A stretch of DNA of 64,000 nucleotides, taken from contig OX597828.1 of the NCBI GenBank assembly GCA_951406725.2, forward strand, positions 12,958,001 through 13,022,000. The letters are read 5' to 3'. The translations under genes and the position numbers were made by a program. This document shows, piece by piece, positions 53,277 to 64,000 of the stretch. Within the stretch, counting starts at the first letter, position 1; every line of letters starts with the position of its first letter. The DNA comes from Octopus vulgaris. Its lineage: Eukaryota. The notes beneath the pieces were generated by a model. That model was not told where the DNA came from, did not search any database, and saw nothing but the letters and a program-made list of their open reading frames with translations.

Positions 53277-54086
53277 TGATAACAAAAGAAAGAAAGAGAC
53301 CTCAATATTATGTAAATAGAGGAAATTTATCTGTAAAATAATATGTGACAATTATTCGGTAGCCAAGATAAAACTGAGTTTCAGATGAATTAGGTACTTG
53401 AGTCGAGGCACCAAGATATATATATACTTACATATAAGAGACCAAAGTCTAAATTTTTGTACGACTCTATTATTCTTTCCTTCTTTCTATCAGCCCTTTC
53501 ACACTTACTTTGTTCATTCCACTCTTAGTTCCCCCTTTCTCCCATTTCCTGGCTTTCTCTTCATGCTCACTTTCCCTCCTCTTTCACATTACTCTGACCC
53601 TTTCATTTTTTTTCTCACCCCTCCTTAATTCTTCTATCCCTCTGCCTCTACTCCTCTCTCTTCTCTCCACACGTGACCAGTGTTCAGCCAAACCTGACCT
53701 TTCTTTCTTGGTTTGACTACCATCCGTGCAACATCTATATTCCTCCCTGTGCCTGTCTAATCTTTACTTCCACACACACCAGCTTAATTTAATTCGTCCT
53801 TAGTCGAAAGACACCGGTTGTTATGTCCTGTTATTTGCGGAACATTTCTCTGTTTTTTTCCGTCCTTGTTTCCATATACATTCACTGCTTTCTTCCAAGG
53901 GATCTAATGCTCTTAGCTTAGTTTTTCCTTGGGGCTGGCCAGATTGGAACAATCTCAAGTATAACCAACTGAAATTGCAAAGATAATCTGGTACTTGACT
54001 GAGGAAAGAAAACTCCGAATGACCCATCCTTGTTTTCTTTGTATCGTCTGTCTGGATGTTTTGCACTCTTGTCCAAATTTTATATT

Positions 54087-54154
<68 letters not shown>

Positions 54155-54348
54155 ATTGCAGCATAGTAATTTTTCTTTTCTTGCCAAGGAGTGGCTGTGT
54201 GGTAAGTAGCTTGCTTACCAACCACATGGTTCCAGGTTCAGTCCTACTGTGTGGCACCTTGGGCAAGTGTCTTCTACTATAGCCTCGAGCCAACCAAAGC
54301 CTTGTGTGGATTAGGTAGACAGAAACTGAAAGCAGCCTGTCTTGTATA

Positions 54349-54381
<33 letters not shown>

Positions 54382-54598
54382 CTGTCTGTCTGTCCAACCA
54401 CCATCGCTTGACAACTGATGTTGGTGAGGTTATGTCCCCCGTAATTTAGCAGCTCAGTAAAAGAGATCGATAGAATAAGTACTAGGCTTACAAAAAATAA
54501 GTCATGGGGTCGATTTGTTTGACTAAAGGCAGTGCTTCAGCATGGCCTCAGTCAAATGACTGAAACAAATAAAAGAATAAAATAAACACACACACTAC

Positions 54599-54849
54599 AT
54601 ATTTTTTTCCTTCACTTATTTATTAGTGTTCTTATTTGATTATTTAAACTCATGTCCGGAAATTTTTTATCACATATCTGTGACCTCTTCAGCGACTGTT
54701 TTCATTTTGATGGAGTTAGTGGAACTAGAACACACCCCAAAATGGAAAGTGTCGCTGAAGAGGTCACAGATGTGTGACAAAAGATTTCCGGATATAAGTT
54801 AAAATGATAAAGCAAAAACAGTAATAAACAAGTGAAGGAAAGAAAATAT
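54599..54849. mobile_element. Degenerate inverted repeat (~110-bp arms) with decayed hammerhead-like motifs
   Basis: Arms ~54599-54709 and ~54738-54849; each carries GTCG-CTGAAGA-G-GTCACA(gatg/gata)TGTGAY-AAAA. Confidence 0.6.
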
Positions 54850-57089
54850 ATAATGCATGTGTTTATTTGGCCAAAAAAAAAAAAATTACCATCCCAAAGT
54901 ACAATAATATCGGATTTAACACGAGGAATTTTGCAAAACGAACTGATAAATGTGTACACATACACACACACACACACATATATATATATACGTCTGGCCT
55001 CCGTGCCGGTGGCACGTAAAAAGCACCATCCGATCGTGGCCGTTTGCCAGCCTGGCCTGGCCTCCGTGCCGGTGACACGTAAAAAGCACCATCCAACCTT
55101 GGCCGTTTGCCAGACTTGTCTGGCACTTGTGCAGGTGGCACGTAAAAAGTACCCACTACACTCATGGAGTGGTTGGCGTTAGGAAGGGCATCCAGCCGTA
55201 GAAACATTGCCAGATCAGACTGGGCCTGGTGCAGCCTTCTGGCTTCCCAGACCCCAGTTGCACCGTCCAACCCATGCCAGCATGGAAAGCGGATGCTAAA
55301 CGATGATGATGATGATGATGATATATATGTATATAGACAGACAGACTGATAGATACATATACATATATATCCATATAGACACACATTTGTGTTTGTGTGA
55401 CTGTCAGGAAAATATATTTTGATGAAATTTATTTTTAAATCTTCAACCTTGCAGATCTCCTCTTTACTAGAATGTCCCCGTTCTTAGTTATATCAAAATT
55501 CTATTAGTTGAAGAGGAAACCTGCTTTGTTTCAGCTGTTACATTTCTTTCTTTCATCAGCACACATTACTTAAATGTAAATGTTTATCTTAACCAAACAC
55601 CAGGACAATTTCTATTGAGAAAAGATGTCAATTGAAATATAAACCAGCAATACATTATAGCTGCCAAATTCACAACTCCACTACTACCTCATAGAAAAAT
55701 ATGAATACAGAACATAAGAGAGTATCTGTCGGTTACAACAATGAGCATTCACATTACAACTAAAAGGCTGAGTATTTCACAGAGGAACTATAGCCTTAAA
55801 TGTGACAAGGCCACTACATGCCACCTTGGGCAAGTGTCTTCTACTATAGCCCTGTAACAACCAAATCCTTGAGAGTAGATTTAGAGGATGAAAACTGAAA
55901 GAAGCTCATTGTATATTGCATGTTTATTTCATGTATTTCCATTCAAGATGTCTGAGAAATGTGAATGAATTGTAATGTTATTATATATGTCACATAATAA
56001 TAATAATAATCCTTTCTACTGTAGGCACAAGGCCTGGAAATTGGTGGGAGGGGACTAGTTGATTACATTGACCCCCAGTGTTTTACTAGTATTTAATTTA
56101 TCAACCCCAAAAGGATGAAAGGTAAAGTCAACCTAGGCAGAATTTGAACACAAAACATAAAGACAGATGAAATGCCGCTATGCATTTTGCCAGTATATAT
56201 AATAATAATAAGACCACTCAGAGAGTGCAAACCTCCGCCAAGGCAACACCAATGCTCAACAATTAGCTGGAGATGATTTTTAAAATGGGAATATCTTAAA
56301 TAAACTCAAAAGCTCTCACAAACGAGAATACTAAAAATGAACCTGACCACTCTTAAAAATTAAGTTAAAAAAAAAAACAGAAAAATAATCCAGAGTCCTT
56401 GTCTGGTACCAGATCGATTCCAAACGCTCATCAGTTTGTGCCAGTCATGAGGCCAAACATCCCTGAAATGCTTAGCGGTATTTCGTCTGCCGTTACGTTC
56501 TGAGTTCAAATTCCACCGAGGTCAACTTTGCCTTTCATCCTTTCGGGGTCGATTAAACAAGTACCAGTTACGCACTGGCGTTGATGTAATCGACTTAATT
56601 CCTTTGTCTGTTCTTGTTTGTTCCCTCTATGTTTAGCCCCTTGTGGGCAATAAAGAAATAAGAAATGAGGCTACAGTAGAAGATACTTGCCCAAGGTACC
56701 ACACCGGAGGCCAAACCTGGAATTATATGGTTGAAAAGCAAACTTCTTAGCACACAGTCACATCTGTGTCTATGTAAACAATAGTTTCCTGACTTCAATC
56801 TTTAGCTTGCAGCTTACCATAACAGCATGTCCAGTTATCTTGCTATGTCTTGACATGTTGTTCAGTCTTTGTAAACAAAAGGCTTCATTATTCAACTGAT
56901 AACATTTTTTTTTCTTTTCATAGGCACAAGAGTGGATGTGTGGTAAGTAGCTTGCTTACCAACCACATGGTTCTGGGTTCATTCCCACAGCATGGCACCT
57001 TGGGCAAGTGTCTTCTACTATAGCCTCAGGCTGACCAAAGCTTTGTGAGTGGATTTGGTAGATGGAAACTGAAAGAAGCCCGTCGTATA

Positions 57090-58310
57090 TCATCATCATT
57101 ATTTAACGTCCACTTTCCATGCTAGCATGGGTTGGACGATTTGACTGAGGTCTGGCGAACCAGATAGCTGCACCAGACTCCCATCTGATCTGGCAGAGTT
57201 TCTACAGATGGATGCCCTTCCTAACACCAAACACTCCAAGAGTGTATTGGGTGCTTTTACGTGCCACCGGTACAAGGGCCAGTCAGGTGGTACTGGCAAT
57301 GGCCACACTCAAATGGTGCTTTTTATGTGCCACCTGCACAGGAGCCAGTCCAGCGGTACTGGCAACGACCTCGCTCAAATGTTTTTTCACGTGCCACCAG
57401 CACAAGTGCTAGTAAGGCAACGCAGGTAACGATCATGCTCGAATGGTGTTTTTAACGTGCCATTAGCTTGGAGGCCAGCTTGTTGCTCTGGCCCCGATCT
57501 CACTCATATGGTTCTCTTAGCGCTCCACTAGCACGGATGCCAGTCATCGAATTTGATTTCGATTTCACTTGCCTCAACAAGTCTTTGCAAGCAGAGTTTA
57601 GTGTCCAATGAAGGAAAGGCACGCATAAGTGGACTGGTTACACCCCTGGCATAGGCCACAAGGTTATGGTCTCACTTGTGCTTGCCAAGTCTTCTCAAGC
57701 ACAGCATATTTCCAGAGGTCCCGGTCACTAGTCATTGCCTCGGTGAGGCCCAGTGTTTGAAGGTCATGCTTCACCACCTCATCCCAGGTCTTCCTGGGTC
57801 TACCTCTTCCACAGGTTCCCTCAACTGCTAGGGTGTGGCACTTTTTTACACAGCTATCAACATCCATTCTTGCCACATGACCATACCAGCGCAACCGTCT
57901 CTCTTGCACACCACATCTGATGCTTCTTAGGTCCAACCTTTCTCTCAGGGCACTAACACTCTGTCGAGTATGCACACTGACATTACACATCCATCGGAGC
58001 ATGCTGGCTTCATTCCTTGCAAGCTTACGCATGTCCTCAGCAGCCACGGCCCATGTTTCACTGCCATGTAGCATGGCTGTTCGTACACATGCGTCGTACA
58101 GTCTACCTTTGTCACCACGAGAGGCCCTTTGTCACCAGCAGAGGTAAGAGCTCTCTGAACTTAGCCCATGCTATTCTTATTCTAGCAGCTACACTTTCAG
58201 CACATCCTCCCCTGCTACTGACTTGGTCACCTAGGTAACGGAAGCTATCGACTACTTCTAGTTTTTCTCTCTGGAATGTGGTGGAATTTGTTCTCTGCAC
58301 ATTTTCAGTG
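57090..58310 (-). mobile_element. 5'-truncated RTE-clade LINE (ORF C-terminus, repetitive 3' UTR, (TGA)n tail)
   Basis: EVVDSFRYLGD, MLHGSETW, RLRWYGHVARM, GRGRPRKTWDEVV; contiguous with the 3' UTR ending ggacgttaaataatgatgatg. Confidence 0.9.
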
Positions 58311-59824
58311 TTATATGTATATGTATGTGTGTGTATATATTTGTGTGTCAGTGTTTGTCCCCTCAACATCGCTTGACAACTGATGCTGGTGTGTTTACGT
58401 CCCAGTAACTTAGTGGTTCGGCAAAAGAGACCGATAGAATAAGTACTAGGCTTACAAAGAATAAGTCCTGGGGTCGATTTGCTTGACTAATGGCGATGCA
58501 TCAGCATGGCCACACAGTCAAATGACTGAAACAAGTAAAAGAGTTCCTTCTGAAAAAATCATATGTCTGTGGTTTGACAAACAGAAGACCCTTCAAGCCA
58601 AGTGAAATCATAGTCGTGGCCCGATGCAAGTGTTGCATACCTGGCACAGGTGCCCTTAGCATGTAAAAAGCACCCTTCAAACTTTGGGTCTCACAGAGGT
58701 TGTGACAAGTGATTGAGACCTTTGGGAATACACCGGGCTTGAGAAGACCTACCAAACTAAGTGAAATTGTAGCCGTGGCAAATGCTGGTGTTTTGTGACT
58801 GACAGCCATGCCAGTGGCTTGTTAAAAGCACCCACTACACTCTTGGGGCGGTTGGCATTAGGAAGGGCATCCAGCTGTAAAAACCATGCCAAATCAGGTT
58901 GAAACCTGGTGCAGCTCCCCAGCTTACCAGCTTCCAGTCAAACCATCCAACCCAAGCCAGCATGGAAAACAGACATTAAATGATGATGATGGCTGGCAGA
59001 GAGCATCTGGCTGTGAAAAAACAAAACCCTCTGCCCTAACAGACTCTCATCTGGCCTATGCAAGCTTGGAAAAGTATACAATATAGGTACAGGCATGACT
59101 GTGTGGTAAAGAAGCTCATTTCCCAAGCACATGGTTCCAGGTTCAGTCCCACTGTGTAGCAATTTGGGTAAGTGTCTTCTACTATAGCCTCAGGCTGGCT
59201 AAAGCCTTGTGAATGGATTTGGTGGACAAAAACTAAAAGAAGCCCATTGTATATATGCATGTACGTGTGTGTGTGTATGTCTTTGTTTATTTGTTCCCCA
59301 ACCACCACTCGACAACTGGTGTTGGTGTGTTTGCATCTTTGGAACTTAGCAGTTCAGCAAAAGGGACTCATAGAATAAGTACCAGGCTTGTAAGTCCAAA
59401 AAAAAATAACAATAAGTATTGGAATCGATTCATTCAACTAAAAATTCTTCCAGGTGGTGCCCCAGCATGGCCACAGTCTAATGACTGAAATAAGTAAAAG
59501 ATAAAAAAAGTTCATTCAACCAATGGCATTTGCTTTTGCTGCTGCTGCTGAATATTACACACAACCAACCCAACCGAAAAACCGAGGCTCAGACCTATTG
59601 GCAAGGTTGAGTAATATGGACAGGAGAGGATCCTAGCATGAGACAAAGTGTTGAAATGATTGTTTTGGACACAGGCACAGAACAGTGCTGTTTAATGTCT
59701 TTGAACCAATAAATCATTCAGCTACCAGACTGAAACTTTTGTCAACATGACAAAGTGTGATTTTAGTAGATTGGTGAGTGAAAACATTTTTCATATTTTT
59801 TCTTTTCATCTCTTATCTCTTATC

Positions 59825-59857
<33 letters not shown>

Positions 59858-59858
<1 letters not shown>

Positions 59859-60012
59859 TTTATTTAAAGCAGCAGAAAATTCAACAAAACCTGTTACTCT
59901 GAGTTTCCCGTTGCCGTTCATCGGACAGTTTTTTCTAGCAAAAACTGTCCGATGAATGGCAACGAAACTCAAGTAACAGGTTTTGTTGAATTTTCTGCTG
60001 CTTTAAATAAAG
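59858..60012. mobile_element. Near-perfect palindrome of two inverted hammerhead-like units (Penelope pLTR-like)
   Basis: ~77-bp arms around CTAG; each arm reads CUGU-CCGAUGA-(GCAA loop)-GAAACUC..GUA^ACAG; preceded by (TA)n. Confidence 0.6.
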
Positions 60013-60084
60013 CATATTACTCTACCACTGGTATTTGAGTACTCTTTTTCCACCTTGTTTCACATTTATGTGTTTACTCCAGTA

Positions 60085-60452
60085 TATATATATATATAAA
60101 CGGCAAAATGTTTGTCTGTGTGTGTATCCTTTATACAAATCCACAATTTTTCAGTTAGAGGGCTCACACTTTCTATAGTCATTCAAAACCGGCCAAGGGC
60201 AGTCGTGCACATCTTTACATTTCCCCAGTCACCTCGCAAAGCCATTAAAAAATCAATAGAAGTGACTTTTTTGTGAATTTTCTATCCAAAATCCAATCAA
60301 AATGCCCGAAACTTGATACGCCAATTGAATGCCAGCTAGCTGTATGTGATTGGTCGGAGATTTGGACAGTACTCGCGTGTATGTGTGCACGCATGCAGCT
60401 GTATATGCATGCACTAGCACTATGACGCGGCAACGCCGGGTCATAGTGCTAG
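60085..60452 (+). mobile_element. Non-autonomous Helitron, same family; 5' end merges with TA array
   Basis: Colinear with 22772-23139; terminal palindrome and CTAG|T at 60449-60453. Confidence 0.8.
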
Positions 60453-60501
60453 TTAACTAATAATTAATGAAAGCAGTTACAGAAATATTTCTGATACTTA
60501 C

Positions 60502-60557
60502 AGTTCACAGCGACTAATCTCTACTCCCCAGCAAAGTGTTGTCTTGTTGCATTCATC
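60502..60557 (-). CDS. STOML1: STOML1 exon (DECNKTTLCWGVEISRCEL)
   Basis: TTTCAG acceptor, GTAAGT donor, 56 nt phase 0->2; stomatin-family WG(V/L)EVxRVEL motif. Confidence 0.9.
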
Positions 60558-61483
60558 CTGAAAGAAAATGTTATTCTATGATTTAAGCAAGTAAAAAATT
60601 TTTATGTGGATTGTGAAACAAATCTACTTCCTTGCTTCTATTTGAAACTGAAATGGAAATTTTGATTAAAATAGGCCTTCTAACCCATTGGGTTTGAAAT
60701 TTCAAATTAACAAAACGTAATTGAAAATCATCATCATCATCAATGTCCATCTTCCATGCTGGCATGAGTTGGACAGTTTGACAGGAGGTGGCCAGGCTAC
60801 TAGGTCTGTTTTGGCATGGCTTTTACAGCTGGATGCCCTTCCTAACACCAACCACTTCACAGTGGGTTGGCATTGTTGGACAGTTTGACAGGAGGTGGCC
60901 AGGCTATCAAGGTCAGTTTTGGCATGGTTTTTACAGCTGGACACACTCCCAAATGCCAACCACTTCACGGTGTGGACTGGAAGCTTTTTATGTGACACCA
61001 GCACCGGTGGGGTCACCAAGTAACATGCAAGACATGGAAGACAGAAGTTTATAATGAAAGAAACTTTTTAAACTGGAATTTCAAATAACAAAAAGAACAA
61101 AGTGAACATACATAGGCACAGGAATGGTTGTGAGGTAAGAAGTTTGCTTCCCAACCAGACCCACTGTGTGACACCATGGGCAAATTTTTTTCGTAATGAG
61201 ATAAGAAACCAAGGCTGTTTAGATTTTAGAACATTTATAGAATTTATAGACAGGTCTTCTTCTGTCTATAAATGTTCTAAAATCTACACAGCCTTGGATT
61301 TTTATCTCATTAGGAAAAAGAATTTTTATATACACACGCTGACACATGACCAACATTGAACCCCTTATTTGCATAATCACTGAACCTGGAACTTAACTAT
61401 GGTCTATCTATAGCACTTATTCAGCATTACCTGACACCTTTGGGTCTCAATGACACCATTACCACTCATAACCTCCATATATA

Positions 61484-62747
61484 CCGTAAAAGTCCATGTA
61501 ATTTGCACACCTGTGTAATTTATGCAGGTGATTTGGTGATTTTCAGAATAAAATTTGTTAAATAAAGCTTCTACTCATGTAAAATTCACACCTAAAGTTT
61601 TCAGAATTGCTGATATAACCAGGAGAAAAAGGTTTTCATTTTAGTTGTATTTAGCATAATTTTACTTACTTATGATTAGATTTTATTAAATTTTCATTAA
61701 ATGAAAATAATTTCTGTTTAACAGGTATCACATTGAAAGTTATTAAATTACAAAGTGTTTGTGTTATTTATAATAAACTTTATTTTACATTTCTTGCCCA
61801 CAAGAGATTATGTCCATAATCTTTAGCATACTGCTGTTTGTCTTCTCAAATCATAATCACCGGAAAAGCTGTTGATAAGAATTACCAACAAAAACAAAGC
61901 TGATAAATATGCACAGGTGTTGCAAAGTAAGTTGAATTACCAATAAACATCAGCTTGGATGACACTTTACTCAACTGACAGAGGAAGGTGACCAGTCAAA
62001 CTGATTATGTAAACAGAATTCTTTTCTACCTATTCGTTGGAAACTTTGATACAGAGCATCTAAATTTTAATCCCTTTTCACACTTATAAAATTTCTTATC
62101 ACCATTATTGTCACTAGGGAAGAACTTATGAATCATTTACTGTGAAGGAGAAATTAAATATGTTGAATATGCACTTGAACGTGGCAATAAAGCTGCCAGA
62201 AGGCATTTTGATGCTAATGAAGCAAATGTTTGAAATTGGCGTAAACAGTAGGACAAACTTAAAACTGTGCCTAGTAATAAACAGACAAAAATAAAGACAT
62301 ACAATCAAGATTATCCATATCATAACATTTTTTTTCCAGTCAGGAATATCCATATCATTATGTGTATGTCAATGGTGCTCCATTGCGATAGGTAGAAACT
62401 CCAAGCAATCTAAAATATGGCCTGGACTGTGTTTACCAGCACTTGAATGTCAGACTTCAAAAAGCAGTTGGCCATTTAAAGGTTTTAATAAATTTATACA
62501 GAAAAATTAAGCATTATACCATCCAGCATAAATAAAAGTCAACTTCATTATATTTAAGCCATTATTTTTTCTGTGAAAACCTATTCTGACACTAAATGAG
62601 CCAACTTCCGGTACGAATGTTTATATTTTGTATGTCTTTTTTCAACAAAAAAATCCTGGAAACGGTCTGCTCATGTAATTTATGCACACCCTAAAGTTTA
62701 TCTTTATTTTTGCAAAAAAAAGTGCATAAATTACATGGGTTTTACGG
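61484..62747 (+). mobile_element. pogo/Tc1-mariner DNA transposon relic
   Basis: TA|CCGTAAAA..CCATGTAATTT TIRs at both ends; ~62132-62265 translates with frameshift/stops to SFTVKEKL/YVEYALERGNKAARRHFDANEANV*NWRKQ, a Brinker-type HTH of pogo transposases. Confidence 0.8.
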
Positions 62748-63272
62748 TATATATATTGACAGACAGATAGATAGATAGATAGATAGATATAGATATGCAT
62801 GCGTATAATGTCTTAATGTCAGTGTATGTCTTAGTGTCCCCATGACCACTTGACAACCAATGTTGGGGGTTTATGTCCCTGTAACTTAGCGGTTCAGCAA
62901 AAGAATAAACACCACACTTGAGAAAAAAAGGTAAGTACTAGGGTCGATTCATTCAACTGAAAATTCTTGGAGGCAGTGCCCCAGCATGGCCACAGTCAAA
63001 TAACTGAAATAAGTAAGAGAAAAAATGATAAAAAATATAAACTGATTTGCATTTTTTGTGTAATTTAAAATTTTACTCTGCTTTGTGACTGGCATGGTTG
63101 TGTGGTAAGTAGCTTGCTTATGAACCACATGGTTCTGGGTTCAGTCCCACTGCATGGCACCCTGGGCAAGTGTCTTCTACTATAGCCTCAAGCTGACCAA
63201 AGCCTTGTGAGTGGATTTGGTAGACGGAAACTGAAAAAAGCCCGTTGTATATGTGTGTGTGTGTCTGTGTAT

Positions 63273-63309
<37 letters not shown>

Positions 63310-63606
63310 TGTCTTTGTTTGTGCCCCCAACATCACTTGACAACCGATGCTTGCTGGTGTGTTTATGTCTCCGTAACTTAGCGGTTTGGCAAAGAGACCA
63401 ATAGAATAAGTACTAGTCTTACAAAGAATAAGTTCTGGGATTGATTTGTTCGACTAAAAGCGGTGCTCCAGCATTGAAATGTTAGAATCCTCCAAGTTCC
63501 TTCAAGATTTCCTTTTCGCCATTTCCTTCTTTTTGGAACACAGTATTTGGAAAATTAAGAGTTATTAGCAACACCTGTTGCAGGTTTAATTCTACTTAAA
63601 ACATAC

Positions 63607-63810
63607 CTGTACTACAGCTGCGATAAGAGATCTCTGTTGTTCTATTTCTTCCAAGGTTTTCTTTGCTAGTAGTTTCACCAAGGTCAGTTGTACTAGGAGT
63701 CTTACAGAATGATTGTGGTCCTGGACACAAGCTACAGACTTCTGCACGTTGACAATACGAATATAAATATTTGCACCAATCTCAATTGCTGCACCATCAG
63801 AAACAAGAAT
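63607..63810 (-). CDS. STOML1: Stomatin-like protein 1, SPFH/band-7 exon (ILVSDGAAIEIGANIYIRIVNVQKSVACVQDHNHSVRLLVQLTLVKLLAKKTLEEIEQQRSLIAAVVQ)
   Basis: TTTATAG acceptor, GTATGT donor, 204 nt phase 0->0; aligns by eye to human STOML1 DGAVLSVGADVQFRI...LLKRPLREIQMEK. Upstream exons are outside the window. Confidence 0.9.
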
Positions 63811-64000
63811 CTATAAAGAAGATAAATGGTTTAGACTTAAAATATTTTAAAAAATAATTACAATTATATTGTTTGTTTAAGAATTGACATTGCAGGGTTG
63901 GTGTAAGAAGCCAAATCTTGACAGTTTGAACTAAAAACAGAATATTTTGGCTGGTTTAACCATTTAGCATTCAAATGTAATGATTATTCATTCACATGTA

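Noticed and set aside
56818-56866. AG...GTAAGC-bounded candidate minus-strand micro-exon in a STOML1 intron
   Set aside because: Flanking exons already join in phase, its 49-nt length would shift the frame, and the peptide has no STOML1 similarity.

Overview
AT-rich, repeat-dense animal DNA. The SINE/LINE families and (TA)n/(CA)n/(CAT)n load point to an octopus genome (inference, not a database match). Almost all ORFs in the supplied track are microsatellite or repeat artefacts. Manual splicing recovers two minus-strand genes with canonical GT-AG introns and consistent phases. One is a complete 4-exon Ashwin (C2orf49) orthologue (40802->13447, 220 aa). The other is the last five coding exons of a stomatin-like protein 1 (STOML1; SPFH + SCP2 domains, 63810->46594), whose 5' exons lie beyond the window. 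An ~8.9-kb near-identical tandem duplication flanks a 100-N gap and duplicates Ashwin exon 3 (one copy frameshifted); it is most likely an assembly artefact. The rest is transposon-derived: three tRNA-derived SINE families, RTE-type LINE 3' fragments, non-autonomous Helitrons, hAT, piggyBac-like and other MITEs, and a pogo relic. The most notable unannotated signals are: (i) minimal type-I hammerhead-ribozyme folds in (TA)n-embedded Penelope-like units, one with an intact core and others with non-canonical cores or in inverted pairs; (ii) a composite Helitron carrying the 3' flank of another copy in this window (end-bypass capture); (iii) several long fold-back hairpins. These extend known phenomena; I see no clear evidence of a wholly new system.
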